A program made the position numbers and the translations under genes. From contig CBDCTJ010000007.1 in NCBI GenBank assembly GCA_965222115.1, positions 2,912,001 to 2,976,000 of the forward strand: a stretch of 64,000 bases of DNA. The letters are read 5' to 3'. Below the pieces are notes generated by a model, which was given only the letters and a program-made list of their open reading frames with translations, was not told the origin of the DNA and ran no database searches. Origin of the DNA: Planctomycetota bacterium (GTDB lineage: Bacteria; Planctomycetota; PLA2; JAEUHO01). Each line of letters opens with the position of its first letter. The first letter of the stretch is position 1. Positions 1-10,048 of the stretch are shown piece after piece.

Positions 1-2
1 AT

Positions 3-1301
3 CGCGCCGATGGCGTCACGCTGCGTGTTCCGATCGAGCGCCTTTCGCAGATATCCGGTGCCACGCTCTCGTGGCTCGTTCCCGGGCTGCGCATCGCAAA
101 GATCACAGCACTACTCAAAACACTGCCCAAGTCGATTCGGAAACAGCTCGTGCCCCTTCCCGATCGAGCGAACGTGCTGAACGCTAAAATGAAACCGGGC
201 GGCACCCACCTTATTCCCGCGCTCACAAACGCGTTGGCCGACTATGCACGAATTCGTGTCTCGACATCTGAGTTTCGGCCCGAGAAACTTGAACCGCATC
301 TCGAAATGAACATTCGTGTGATAGGCAACGACGGAATGTTGTTGGCCGAAGGCCGTTCGCTCGATGCGGTGCGAAAACGACTGCGTCAACACGCCAAGCA
401 CGCCGTGGATGTGGCGCGCAAACAACTGGACGACGGCACGATTCACACGTCGTGGACCTTTGGCGACATACCCTTCCAGGAAGACACGGATCGCAAGGGC
501 TACTCGGTACCGACCTATCCGACCCTCATCGACGTGGATACCGGTGTTCGATTGACGCTTGTGGACGAGCCCAGGCGAGCTGCGCGACTGCACGTGGATG
601 GCCTTGTTCGCTTGGGAACGTTCACGCATCGCAAAGAACTTCGCTCGCTGATTCGTGGACATGCACAGATACAGCGGCTTGAACTACTTCACGCCACGCT
701 TGGAAGCAGTGATGCTCTGCATGACGGATTGATGGGACTACTCATCCGTACTGCATCCACTCTCACGTCCGACATTCGCAGTGAGGCCGATTTCAAGGTG
801 GCCATGACTTCGGCACGCTCACGACTAGGACCCACGTTCCATCGTAACGTGATTCCGATCATCTCGGATTCGCTGAACGCCTACGCCGACGTTGCACGCA
901 AACTTATGCTTGAGGCCCCACCCGGATTTGAAGAACCCATCAGTGACATGATGGGACAACTGGCGCGCCTCGTTGAGCCCGGATGGATCTACCGCACGCC
1001 GCTTGAAACGCTCCGCGGCTATCCGCGCTACCTGCAAGCAATGAACACCCGACTGATCAAACTGGGCCAGGGAGAACTCAAACGCGATCGGCGCCTATCG
1101 GAGCAGATTCGCCCCCACTGGCAGCGCTACCTCGACCGCGAGGCACGTCATTTTCGCGAGCACACATTCGATCCCGAGTTAGAACGAATGCGGTGGATGC
1201 TTGAAGATTTCCGCGTCACGCTCTTTGCATCGGGCCGTGGTCAGCCGAACGTCGTGTCAGTGGAACAATTGCGGGCGCAGTGGGATCGTTGTGTGCAATA
1301 G
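3..1301 (+). CDS. hrpA: ATP-dependent RNA helicase HrpA, C-terminal part (DUF3418-like), truncated by the window edge
   Basis: Frame is open from base 3 (DGVTLRVP..LSWLVPGL..KITALLKTLPKSIRKQLVP) and ends with RWMLEDFRVTLFA, typical of the HrpA C-terminus. Confidence 0.88.
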   Translation, partial: RADGVTLRVPIERLSQISGATLSWLVPGLRIAKITALLKTLPKSIRKQLVPLPDRANVLNAKMKPGGTHLIPALTNALADYARIRVSTSEFRPEKLEPHLEMNIRVIGNDGMLLAEGRSLDAVRKRLRQHAKHAVDVARKQLDDGTIHTSWTFGDIPFQEDTDRKGYSVPTYPTLIDVDTGVRLTLVDEPRRAARLHVDGLVRLGTFTHRKELRSLIRGHAQIQRLELLHATLGSSDALHDGLMGLLIRTASTLTSDIRSEADFKVAMTSARSRLGPTFHRNVIPIISDSLNAYADVARKLMLEAPPGFEEPISDMMGQLARLVEPGWIYRTPLETLRGYPRYLQAMNTRLIKLGQGELKRDRRLSEQIRPHWQRYLDREARHFREHTFDPELERMRWMLEDFRVTLFASGRGQPNVVSVEQLRAQWDRCVQ

Positions 1302-1366
1302 CGCGTGAGATCGACCGACCTTCTCGTACCCTACGCCCGCCCATCGCCAACCGAAGGACGCCCCCC

Positions 1367-3226
1367 TTGACCAACGTCACGCTCACGCCCCGACAGCACT
1401 ACGAATCTCGGCGCGATCACTTTGCTGCGCTCGAGGAGGCGCTTTCCAAGAAGGAGGAACAACTCGGGACCTATCGACTCTTGGTGGCGTTAGCTGCAGG
1501 CATCCTCTGGTGGCTGACGTACGCAAATGGGTGGTCACTCTTGTGGCTGTTGCTGCCCCTTGCGGCGTTCATTGTCTTGATCTCCATTCACATGAATGTG
1601 AGCAACACGGCTCGACGCGCATCGCGCGGACGTGCGATGTATGAACGCGGACTGGAACGTTTGGACGGCGCGTGGCATGGCCATTCGCCGGACGGCGCGT
1701 CGTTCAAGGACTCACACCATCTCTATGCACCGGATTTAGATCTCTTTGGCAAAGGGTCGCTTTTTCAACGCCTGTGCACTGCACGGTTGCGCGCCGGTCA
1801 GGAGCGATTGGCGGCTTGGCTAAAACAACGGGCCGAACCCAATGAGATCACACGCCGCCAAGCGGCCGTACTCGACTTGGCCACACGACATACGCTCCGC
1901 GAAGACGCCGCACTCGTTGGCGACGACATGAAACGTGCGGGGCGGTCCCAGAGTCTTCGCAGTTGGCTAACGGACGACTCCACCATTCCCGGTCGCGGCC
2001 TGCGTCCCGTGCTGGTGCTTTCTTCTCTCGTGACAACGGCGGCGCTTGTGGGTTGGCTGATGAGTCTCATCAATCCACTCTGGTTCTTCGGCGCGGCACT
2101 GATTCAGTACGCGCTAACTCGCCCGCTATCGAAGTCCGTTGAGAAGACACTTGCCAACACGATGGGCCCCGCGCAAGAACTTGCTCTGCTTGGGCGTCTG
2201 CTGGAGCGGCTTCGCGCCGAAGATTTCGACGCACCGATGCTGGGAGAGCTATCGGAGACGCGTGCGGGCGAGCACGGAACGCCCAGCGAAATACTCAAAG
2301 GCATCGAACGCAGGCGCGCCTATGTCGAGTCGCGCGCGAATCCACTCTTTATGGTGATCGCCTGGCTCGGTTGCCTCGGCACGCACCTTGGATTCGGCAT
2401 TGAGTCGTGGCGCAAGGCACACGGCGAGACCGTGTTGCATTGGGTCGAACACTGCGCACGCTACGAGGCACTTGCGAGTCTAGCTACATGGTCGTTTGAA
2501 AGACCCCAAGCAGCGATGCCCACGCTAGATCCCCAGTCCATCGCATTGACGGCAACGGAACTGGGGCATCCCTTGCTCCACCCCGACGCATGCGTGACCA
2601 ATGACGTTTCGTTGGCCCGAGATCAAGACGACGTGCCCACCGGACTCATCGTGAGCGGTTCCAACATGTCGGGCAAAAGCACCATGCTTCGCACGGTGGG
2701 CACCAACGTGGTGCTGGCTCAGGCGGGCGCGCCGGTTGTGGCATCATCGATGACGCTTTCTCCGCTTCGCGTAGCCGCCTCCATCACTGTGCAAGACAGC
2801 CTCATGAAAGGCGCCTCTCGCTTTTATGCCGAAATCGAACGCCTAAAACAAGTCGTTGACGCCAGCCGTGAATCACCAACTTGCCTGTTTCTGATCGATG
2901 AAGTACTGCATGGCACCAATTCCCACGACCGCCGTGTCGGTACCCGCGGCATTGTGCGTAGCTTGTTGAGCCACGGCGCCATGGGACTCATCACCACACA
3001 CGACTTAGCGCTCAGCGACCTCGCCACCGAGTCCGGCGGCCGCCTCAAAAATGTCCACTTCGTCGATCACGTCGAAGACGGACGCATCGCCTTCGACTAC
3101 ATCCTCCGCGACGGCCGCGTCACCCGAAGCAACGCACTCGCGCTCATGCGCAGTGTAGGCATCGACGTGGAAGAGACATTGGAAGATGCGCAGGAGCGGT
3201 TAACCGAGGATTTCGCGAGCGAGTAG
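1367..3226 (+). CDS. MutS-related ATPase (MutS domain V only) with N-terminal transmembrane segments
   Basis: Walker A SGSNMSGKST, ASRFYAEIERL, LIDEVLHGTNS and ITTHDL motifs; hydrophobic N-terminal helices; TTG start at 1367 is a best guess. Confidence 0.85.
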   Translation: MTNVTLTPRQHYESRRDHFAALEEALSKKEEQLGTYRLLVALAAGILWWLTYANGWSLLWLLLPLAAFIVLISIHMNVSNTARRASRGRAMYERGLERLDGAWHGHSPDGASFKDSHHLYAPDLDLFGKGSLFQRLCTARLRAGQERLAAWLKQRAEPNEITRRQAAVLDLATRHTLREDAALVGDDMKRAGRSQSLRSWLTDDSTIPGRGLRPVLVLSSLVTTAALVGWLMSLINPLWFFGAALIQYALTRPLSKSVEKTLANTMGPAQELALLGRLLERLRAEDFDAPMLGELSETRAGEHGTPSEILKGIERRRAYVESRANPLFMVIAWLGCLGTHLGFGIESWRKAHGETVLHWVEHCARYEALASLATWSFERPQAAMPTLDPQSIALTATELGHPLLHPDACVTNDVSLARDQDDVPTGLIVSGSNMSGKSTMLRTVGTNVVLAQAGAPVVASSMTLSPLRVAASITVQDSLMKGASRFYAEIERLKQVVDASRESPTCLFLIDEVLHGTNSHDRRVGTRGIVRSLLSHGAMGLITTHDLALSDLATESGGRLKNVHFVDHVEDGRIAFDYILRDGRVTRSNALALMRSVGIDVEETLEDAQERLTEDFASE

Positions 3227-3456
3227 TCACACTCGCATAGCGATTCGAATCGATTGACCACCTTTCCGCGTATCCCTAAACATCGTTCTTCTGCGTCCCC
3301 GCAACGGTGTCTCTGCGTGCGATGAATCGCATTTGATCACACCGGGAGCATCCTCACTCCTCAAAGGGCGTGCTTTTTGCCCGCACACTGTATCGTTCAC
3401 CAGAACCATTCCATCGTGCGGCCATTCCCATGGACGAGATTTCTGTAGCCACAGCT

Positions 3457-3504
3457 GTGCTTGGTGAACTTAGTGTCCTTTGTGAGACCCTTCTTCTCCA
3501 AGCC
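3457..3504. repeat. Dispersed repeat with 9-bp periodic core (CTTNGTGNN), copy 1
   Basis: gtgcttggtgaacttagtgtcctttgtgagacccttcttctccaagcc; near-identical to 27546-27586, with a degenerate copy at 3571-3604. Confidence 0.75.
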
Positions 3505-3637
3505 TCGCTCCGCGCCCAGGCATCTTTCAGTATTTCTCTGCACCGCCCCATAACGCTTTGCGCTTCGTTTCTTAGCGCTCTTTGTGTGAGCCTTTTCTTC
3601 CAATCAGGTCTTCCTGACCCTTACGCCGGCCGCGCCC

Positions 3638-4783
3638 CTACCGGGAGCGAAACCACCGCTCCGTATACTGCGCATTCAGACCGGCATAAAATCGCACCGC
3701 CAGCTTGGCTTTGTATCCGATCTTGTGCCACCGATCGGCATAGGTCCATAGCGGCGCACCATCGAGGAATAAGTAGCTCGCGATACTATTGAAATCGTTC
3801 TCGAAACTCGACTGCGCGTACTGATAGAGAAAACCGTGTTTCATATACGACGGACGCGGCGTTACGCCTCCTCGACCACGCCGCAGCGCCGAACTCCCGC
3901 TTGAGCCGTAGCGAAACTGTGTTGGATTCACGCGCGACCAATGTACACGGCTCAGGAGATGGGGACTGCTGCGCAAGAAAACACTCGAAAGCTCGGCGTG
4001 AATTACGCGTTCCATGGCACGGCCGGTGGGGTCGGCCCCGAAGCCGCCGTAGCAGACATAGATGCGACGGTTGCTGTTGGTTCCGCCCGCTTGCACACCA
4101 TAAAACTGTAAACGCCCGAGGATGTAGACTCGATCGACATACTTGCGCAGCAACGATGCTGGGTACTTGCTGAGGGCACGTGAAGCAATCGAGGCCGCAA
4201 AGGCCCGTTCTTGTTGGGTGCGCAGCGGATAGCCGCGTGCCTGGGTACGACCGCTACGCCATGCGGAGGGAAACATGTCGGCGTCGGGCTTGTAGCGCAG
4301 GAGCGAACGCACGATGCCTGACGGCTGCGGCGTGGCAGGCTGCACCACTGTGCGACGCGTTCCCATTGATCCGTAGGTTCTTGGCGCGGCGGGTGTTGTG
4401 TAACCGGGTTGGCGTTGACCGTATGGCGACGAAGGAACCACATGCGTAGGCGGATAGTAGATCGGGTACTGACTCACGGGCTGTGGCGTGGTGTACCCGC
4501 CACTTGAACCATGCGGCGAAACATAAATCGTTCCCGGTGTCGTATGGCCCGCAGGAGGACTTGCAGGATAGGACTGGGGTGTTTTCTGAGGAGGCGCGTA
4601 GGGAGCATAGGTAGTGCCCGTTTCTGCAGGGACTGGTGCCGGAATCGGCGTGTCGATGCGCACAGGTGCCGGCTGCGAAACAAACGGCCCGTTCGCGGGT
4701 GCGGGTGCTGGAAACGTGGATCCCGTACCGTGCCCATCCTCGGGACTCGCAATGCATACGCCCGACATCGCGACCAAGAGCAA
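3638..4783 (-). CDS. Exported Pro/Thr/Tyr-rich protein with a C-terminal degenerate zincin-like domain
   Basis: Hydrophobic N-terminal stretch, long Pro-rich linker, VIHAELSS and GFLYQYAQSSFENDF motifs; start uncertain because the upstream part of the ORF overlaps mutM. Confidence 0.6.
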   Translation of the reverse strand: MLLVAMSGVCIASPEDGHGTGSTFPAPAPANGPFVSQPAPVRIDTPIPAPVPAETGTTYAPYAPPQKTPQSYPASPPAGHTTPGTIYVSPHGSSGGYTTPQPVSQYPIYYPPTHVVPSSPYGQRQPGYTTPAAPRTYGSMGTRRTVVQPATPQPSGIVRSLLRYKPDADMFPSAWRSGRTQARGYPLRTQQERAFAASIASRALSKYPASLLRKYVDRVYILGRLQFYGVQAGGTNSNRRIYVCYGGFGADPTGRAMERVIHAELSSVFLRSSPHLLSRVHWSRVNPTQFRYGSSGSSALRRGRGGVTPRPSYMKHGFLYQYAQSSFENDFNSIASYLFLDGAPLWTYADRWHKIGYKAKLAVRFYAGLNAQYTERWFRSR

Positions 4784-4817
4784 GACTGAACCGATGGCGC
4801 AAATTCCAGAAGTCCAA

Positions 4818-5654
4818 CTACAAGCGTGGGGCGCGCTGACAGCGGCTGCAGATATGCGTTCCGCGCTGGGCAACGACGATACGTCGTATGACGCTCCCGC
4901 ACGTGCCACAGGCCTTGCCCGCCCGTCCATACACAGCGAAGAGGTGCTGGTAGGAGCCGGGGCTGCCTTCGGGCGTTCGATAAAAGCTGTCAAAACTCGA
5001 TCCCTCACGCTCAATGGCTCGCCGGAGAATGGCCCGAATGTTCGCATGCAATCGCGAAACCGCCGCACGCGAGATTCGGCAGGCTGGGCGCTCTGGATGA
5101 ATCCTCGACGCGTGGAGCGACTCGTCCACATAAATATTGCCAAGACCGGCAATTAGGGACTGATCGAGGAGCAACGGCTTGATTCTTCGCTTCCGCTTGG
5201 CGAGCGCGCCACGCAGCCAGGCAGCGGTGAAATCGGGACCCAACGGCTCTAGCCCCAAGTCCTTGAGCCGCTCATCGGCGTTCGCACAGAACTCGAGGCG
5301 CCCAAATTTGCGCACATCCAGAAAGTGAAAGACCTTGCCGCCGCTGAGGGCAAGCGATACGCGGGCATAGGCGGGACGTTCACGCGGCGGCAATACAACC
5401 AACCGTCCCGACATACGCAGATGGCCCACCAAGTCGCCAGCCGGTCCTCGCCCCTTATGTAGCGGAAGAACGATGTACTTCCCGCGCCGACGCAAGGTGC
5501 CCACGCGCCTTCCGACAACGCGCTTCCTAAACGAAGCCAATGACCGACCACCAAGTGAACGCTCCCACCCAGCGGTCACGCCGCGAATCGACTTGCCCTC
5601 AATCTGGGGCGCAATGAGCCGCATCGTAGTTTCCACCTCGGGGAGTTCAGGCAC
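4818..5654 (-). CDS. mutM: Formamidopyrimidine-DNA glycosylase (Fpg/MutM)
   Basis: N-terminal (M)PELPEVET, RRGKY, HLRMSG, AGLGNIYVDE and a C-terminal CxxC..CxxCQ zinc finger. Confidence 0.96.
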   Translation of the reverse strand: MPELPEVETTMRLIAPQIEGKSIRGVTAGWERSLGGRSLASFRKRVVGRRVGTLRRRGKYIVLPLHKGRGPAGDLVGHLRMSGRLVVLPPRERPAYARVSLALSGGKVFHFLDVRKFGRLEFCANADERLKDLGLEPLGPDFTAAWLRGALAKRKRRIKPLLLDQSLIAGLGNIYVDESLHASRIHPERPACRISRAAVSRLHANIRAILRRAIEREGSSFDSFYRTPEGSPGSYQHLFAVYGRAGKACGTCGSVIRRIVVAQRGTHICSRCQRAPRL

Positions 5655-6354
5655 GCGGCGTGCCTTTGCTCGAATGAGGTGCACAGAGGGTTGAGGCGCC
5701 ACTGTGCATCCACGGCCCAGCGGGTTGGGACCGTGCAATCTCGCCTTCAAATTCACAGAGTGCGTGCCAGCGCGAATCACGCGCATCGCGCCCGATTGCT
5801 AACACTTCGGCAAGCTCCAAAAACTGCATGTAGTGTCCGTGCTCGGACTGTTGAAGGCGACGATAGAGCAAGGCAAGCGCTTCATCGTCAATGCCATCGG
5901 CGAGCAAGAGAAATCGCTCGTAGGAACGTAGTTCGATCAGCGCAGAAACGAGCAGGCGATCCAAAAGTTCGCGTTCGCTCCGACCCCAACGAACGAGGCG
6001 GTGGAGCTCACTCGCGTACGCATTTTTGTGACCCGGTACAAGCGCACCCCCGCGACGATGCAACTCACGCGTAACAGTGGCCAAGTGGGCTGCTTCATCC
6101 CGTGCGATGGCTGCCAATGTGCGCACCCATGTGGATGCCGACGGATCGGACGACTCATGCAGTTCCACGCGATGAGGCCAAAGACCCAGCAGTGCCAGCG
6201 CATTGCTCGTCGCCTTGCGTTCCAAATGCGCGTGGTCACAGAGAAGCGCGCAGACATCGGAACTAGCCGTCTGAATCCAGTGCGAAGGCGTCCGCCAGCG
6301 AAGCGCCGCCAGTGAATTATCGGCGTCGGGGGCTATAGTTCTGTGGGCAGGCAT
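5647..6354 (-). CDS. miaE: tRNA-(ms2io6A37) hydroxylase MiaE family, ferritin-like
   Basis: DHAHLERKA, IARDEAAH, ALIELRSYERF and SEHGHY di-iron motifs. Confidence 0.88.
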   Translation of the reverse strand: MPAHRTIAPDADNSLAALRWRTPSHWIQTASSDVCALLCDHAHLERKATSNALALLGLWPHRVELHESSDPSASTWVRTLAAIARDEAAHLATVTRELHRRGGALVPGHKNAYASELHRLVRWGRSERELLDRLLVSALIELRSYERFLLLADGIDDEALALLYRRLQQSEHGHYMQFLELAEVLAIGRDARDSRWHALCEFEGEIARSQPAGPWMHSGASTLCAPHSSKGTPRA

Positions 6355-6458
6355 GCCGAAAGTGTGCATACGATGGGCGCGGGAGCCAAGTCTACGCAGT
6401 CGCTTGAGGGTGAGACCTCGTTACGCTCCTCGCAAGATAGCCCCTCGCCGGAGAGCCC

Positions 6459-7034
6459 ATGGCCCGCAAACGCGCCCCCGAACCACCCAAGCGACCGATT
6501 TGGCATCCTTCGCGCTTTGGCTGGGCCAACGGACTTGGATTCGCCCTCGGCGTCTTCCTTGCCTTGTTCATTATGGGTGTCGCGGGTTCGGCTCTCCTTG
6601 GCCGCTCCGAGCCGCTGACATTTTCGTTCCCTGCAATCTATGCCTACGCAAGTATGGCCACCCTGCTCATTTTGGTTGGCTTTACCTGCGTATTGATCTT
6701 CGGCGTGGCGTGGAAGGGCGCCGACTTTGGAACGCACCGCGCTCGCAACCTCGTGTTCTTGTGGTCGCTTGCGGGTCTTTTGTTTTTCCTCGTGCAGCTA
6801 CTTGTGTTGCTCAAGTTTGGACGTCCGAACCTCCCCTACGTTGCTAAGTGGGCAAGCGATCTGTACTGGGGGATGGCCCCCGTTGGCATGATCTGTTTCG
6901 CACTCATGACGTATGTCAACTACGCAGCGGCCCACGACCCCGCGCTCGACGACGATGAGGTAGACGACGAATTCGGCTACGCCCATGCGGATGAATCGTG
7001 GGATGAGGACTACGACGAGGCGCCCGAATATTAG
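6459..7034 (+). CDS. Hypothetical membrane protein (about 4 TM helices, acidic tail)
   Basis: Four hydrophobic segments and a D/E-rich C-terminus; GGAG upstream of the ATG. Confidence 0.7.
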   Translation: MARKRAPEPPKRPIWHPSRFGWANGLGFALGVFLALFIMGVAGSALLGRSEPLTFSFPAIYAYASMATLLILVGFTCVLIFGVAWKGADFGTHRARNLVFLWSLAGLLFFLVQLLVLLKFGRPNLPYVAKWASDLYWGMAPVGMICFALMTYVNYAAAHDPALDDDEVDDEFGYAHADESWDEDYDEAPEY

Positions 7035-7065
7035 TCGACAGCCCAAATCGTGGTTGACAGATCGT

Positions 7066-8388
7066 CTAGAGCGTCAGCGAAAAGTCGCCAATGATGGCAC
7101 CTGGAAGTCGCACGGAGTTGTAGGTGCGACCACCATACGTTCCCGGGTCGATCTGAAACTCGCGCTCGGTCGTGAGACCTTCGAGGTTGTCCCCGAGTGC
7201 GCGGTACACCGATTCGTCAAACCGCATGACACTCACCGGTGCTACGAGTTCTCCGCCCTCGACCCAGAATGTGCCAAAGCGCGTTACACCGGTCGTTCGA
7301 CACGCTTGACGATCCGAAAAGTTCAAATACCAGAGGTTGCCAATGTAGAGGCCATCCCCCAGCGTGGTGAGCACGCTGTCCTTGGCGATATCACCGCCGG
7401 CCATATCCATGCTACCCGGCGCCTCCATGCCATTGGCACCGTTGGTGGTTTCGTCAAACTCCAAGGCGGAGCGCGGAGACACCAAGCTGTCGGCAGCCTC
7501 TCCCCCACGAATCAATGGAATGCGATCGGGCGACAGGAAACCGTGTCGCTCGAAGTTGGGCGCAATGCCCTCCCCGATGTTCTCGTCCATATGGACGCTC
7601 GCATCAAACTGATCCTTGCCATCGATCAGGTGCAGTAGAGGCGTCGTGCGCGTGCGCCGCGCGCGAAGGCTGAATCCTCCCCAGGACATCATCGAGATGA
7701 CTTCGCAGAGGGCCGACGGCGCGAGATAGGCTCGGTACATGCCGGGCCGAATGGATTTGGGCGCCCTCGTCATAACGCGCAACTGTTCTTTCGACAGCGT
7801 CATTTTGTCGGCAAATGCCTGCTCGTCCCACTCGAATCCCGAGTACCCGTTCTTCACCGCCTTATCGGCTTGGTGATAGAGACTCCAGTCAAAATTGTAG
7901 TTCCACGTTTCCTTCCAATTGCGCTGCCCGAGCGAGTTGGCAAACCCCGACCACATGACGCCGTTCGCCAGGATGCCAACCAAATCATGGTCGCCCGCAG
8001 CGGCACGAATCTGATCCAAGGTGTCTGGCGTTTTCGGCACGCGGCTCTCGGCCACGTGTTCCGTGGATTCGACCGCGTCGTTATACGTTTGATACGGATT
8101 CTCGGGCACATGCGGGAGCGTCTCGCGCAAGTCGGTAGTGAGCTTCGTCAGACGGGCCGTATCTGCATCGGGGTCGCCGGAAATCGTGGTTGAACCCGAT
8201 GCGTCGCGTCCATCGCACAGCAGCGAAATGGAGAGCGCCGCCTGCTTGACGCTGCCCGACTGACGCACCAAGCCTCGGTTTAGCCGTACGAAGTCGGACG
8301 TCTCGCCCGACCCGGACACCAGCGCGACCTCACTCCCCGAGAGTCCGGCGAACACGTGCGTAGCCAACTGTTCGAAATAGTCGCGCAC
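7066..8388 (-). CDS. tldE: TldE/PmbA family protein
   Basis: ETSDFVRLN, NLWYLNFSD..TGVTRFGTFWVEGG; GTG start overlaps the tldD stop. Confidence 0.88.
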   Translation of the reverse strand: MRDYFEQLATHVFAGLSGSEVALVSGSGETSDFVRLNRGLVRQSGSVKQAALSISLLCDGRDASGSTTISGDPDADTARLTKLTTDLRETLPHVPENPYQTYNDAVESTEHVAESRVPKTPDTLDQIRAAAGDHDLVGILANGVMWSGFANSLGQRNWKETWNYNFDWSLYHQADKAVKNGYSGFEWDEQAFADKMTLSKEQLRVMTRAPKSIRPGMYRAYLAPSALCEVISMMSWGGFSLRARRTRTTPLLHLIDGKDQFDASVHMDENIGEGIAPNFERHGFLSPDRIPLIRGGEAADSLVSPRSALEFDETTNGANGMEAPGSMDMAGGDIAKDSVLTTLGDGLYIGNLWYLNFSDRQACRTTGVTRFGTFWVEGGELVAPVSVMRFDESVYRALGDNLEGLTTEREFQIDPGTYGGRTYNSVRLPGAIIGDFSLTL

Positions 8389-9821
8389 TAGCCTTCTCCG
8401 AATACTTCGACATCGGCAAAGAGCGACGTCGGTGTTGCGTGTCCCACTCGAATCACTTGGTTCGGTTCGCCCTTGCCACAGTTGGGCGTGCCCATCATGA
8501 CGTGCGTTGATGGATCGCCCACAGCCTTGAGGTTGCGCCAAAACGTGGCGGAGATGCCACGGTAGTTGGGCGTGCGCACAAGTGACGTGAGTTCACCGTT
8601 TTCGATCAAACGACCATACTGGCAGCCAAACTGAAACTTGTTGCGGGAGTCGTCAATGGACCAACTGCAGTTGGTCTGCATGAACACACCCCGTTCAACC
8701 GATGACACCATGTCGTCAAAGCTCGACGTTCCGGGCTCCATGTTGAGATTGGCCATGCGATCGATGGGCGGGCGATTCCAACTGCATGCGCGTGAATTGC
8801 CAACACCCGGCATGTCGGCGCGAAGCTGTGAGATGCGCCCGCCGAGGGGTCGCTTCAAAATGCCGTCCTGGATTACGTACGTCTTGGTTGCCGGCTCACC
8901 GTCGTCATCAAAGCCATAGCTTGCGAGTTCGCCGGGCGCTGTGGGATCAAAGGTGACGTTGAGGAGCGGGGAGCCGTAGGCGTAGGACCCAAACATATCG
9001 AGCGTGACGAAGCTTGTGCCCGCGTAGTTTCGTTCGTCTCCAAGAATGCGATCCAGTTCGAGTGGATGGCCAATGCTCTCGTGAACTTGAAGCACCATTT
9101 GATCTGGGGCGAGCAAGAGGTCCATGGTTCCCGCGGGGCACGAGGGTGCGGCAAGCAACTGCAACGCCTCGTCCACCAGGCGCGGCCCGTCGGTAAAGAA
9201 CTTGACGTCGTCGAGTACTTCTTTGCCACCTTGGCGAGCCAGCGCACGCGCACCGAGCGAACGCGATTGCACGCGCTTACCATCACTAACCGTAAGGCCG
9301 AGCGCCGGCGCGATGTATGAAAAGCGCTGTTCGATGTCGGCGCCATCCGAACTCCACAGGTAGCTGGTGGCCTTCGTGTAATTCACCGCACTTTGCCACA
9401 TGACCACGCGATCATCGGACTTGAGGCCATCGCACGGCGCGCGCACCAGATCGATGCGTTCGGCAAGCGGCAAGCTACTCCAGTCCGTTTGAACCGGAGA
9501 CTCGTAGCTTCCTTGGTGGGGCTCGGGCCGTACGCGGGAATAGTCCGTGACGGCGCAATTGGCGGTGCGCTTCGCCCATGTATGGGCGCGACGCTTTGCC
9601 GCCAGAAGCCCTGAGGGGCTCACGTCACTTGTGGCGCAATAGCCCGTACCGCCTTTGTCGGCCACCGTGACCATCGCGCCACCATCAAAGTCGCGGTGGA
9701 ACGGAAGCAACGTACCGCGTTCGACGGCAATCGTCTCGTTCTGCTCTTCGTAATAGCGAACCGAGCAGAAATCCACATCGCGCTTTAGATCGTCTGCCGC
9801 GGATTGAATTGAGCGTTTCAA
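8388..9821 (-). CDS. tldD: TldD family metalloprotease
   Basis: HESIGHPLELDRILG, DRMANL and CGKGEP motifs; AAGGAGGA RBS before TTG at 9821. Confidence 0.92.
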   Translation of the reverse strand: MKRSIQSAADDLKRDVDFCSVRYYEEQNETIAVERGTLLPFHRDFDGGAMVTVADKGGTGYCATSDVSPSGLLAAKRRAHTWAKRTANCAVTDYSRVRPEPHQGSYESPVQTDWSSLPLAERIDLVRAPCDGLKSDDRVVMWQSAVNYTKATSYLWSSDGADIEQRFSYIAPALGLTVSDGKRVQSRSLGARALARQGGKEVLDDVKFFTDGPRLVDEALQLLAAPSCPAGTMDLLLAPDQMVLQVHESIGHPLELDRILGDERNYAGTSFVTLDMFGSYAYGSPLLNVTFDPTAPGELASYGFDDDGEPATKTYVIQDGILKRPLGGRISQLRADMPGVGNSRACSWNRPPIDRMANLNMEPGTSSFDDMVSSVERGVFMQTNCSWSIDDSRNKFQFGCQYGRLIENGELTSLVRTPNYRGISATFWRNLKAVGDPSTHVMMGTPNCGKGEPNQVIRVGHATPTSLFADVEVFGEG

Positions 9822-10048
9822 CGAATCCTCCTTGAAATCTGGTCGATCGAGTGCCACGAGCCCGTGCCAGCCCAAGAGAAGATACGTCGGTAGGGTTGCG
9901 AGTCCCTACGGGAAACGCGCCCTGTTGGCAACTTCCAAGGACGACAGGCCTGCCTGCATTGACTCGTAGGCGCTACACGCCCGCTTCCGGTAGGCATGGC
10001 GATGAGTTCTCAATATGCTGCGGCTTGAATCCTCGATCGGGAGACGCC

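Noticed and set aside
4818-5152. Extensive overlap of the 3638-5152 ORF with mutM
   Set aside because: Most likely an over-extended start in GC-rich DNA; protein-like features begin only after the mutM stop
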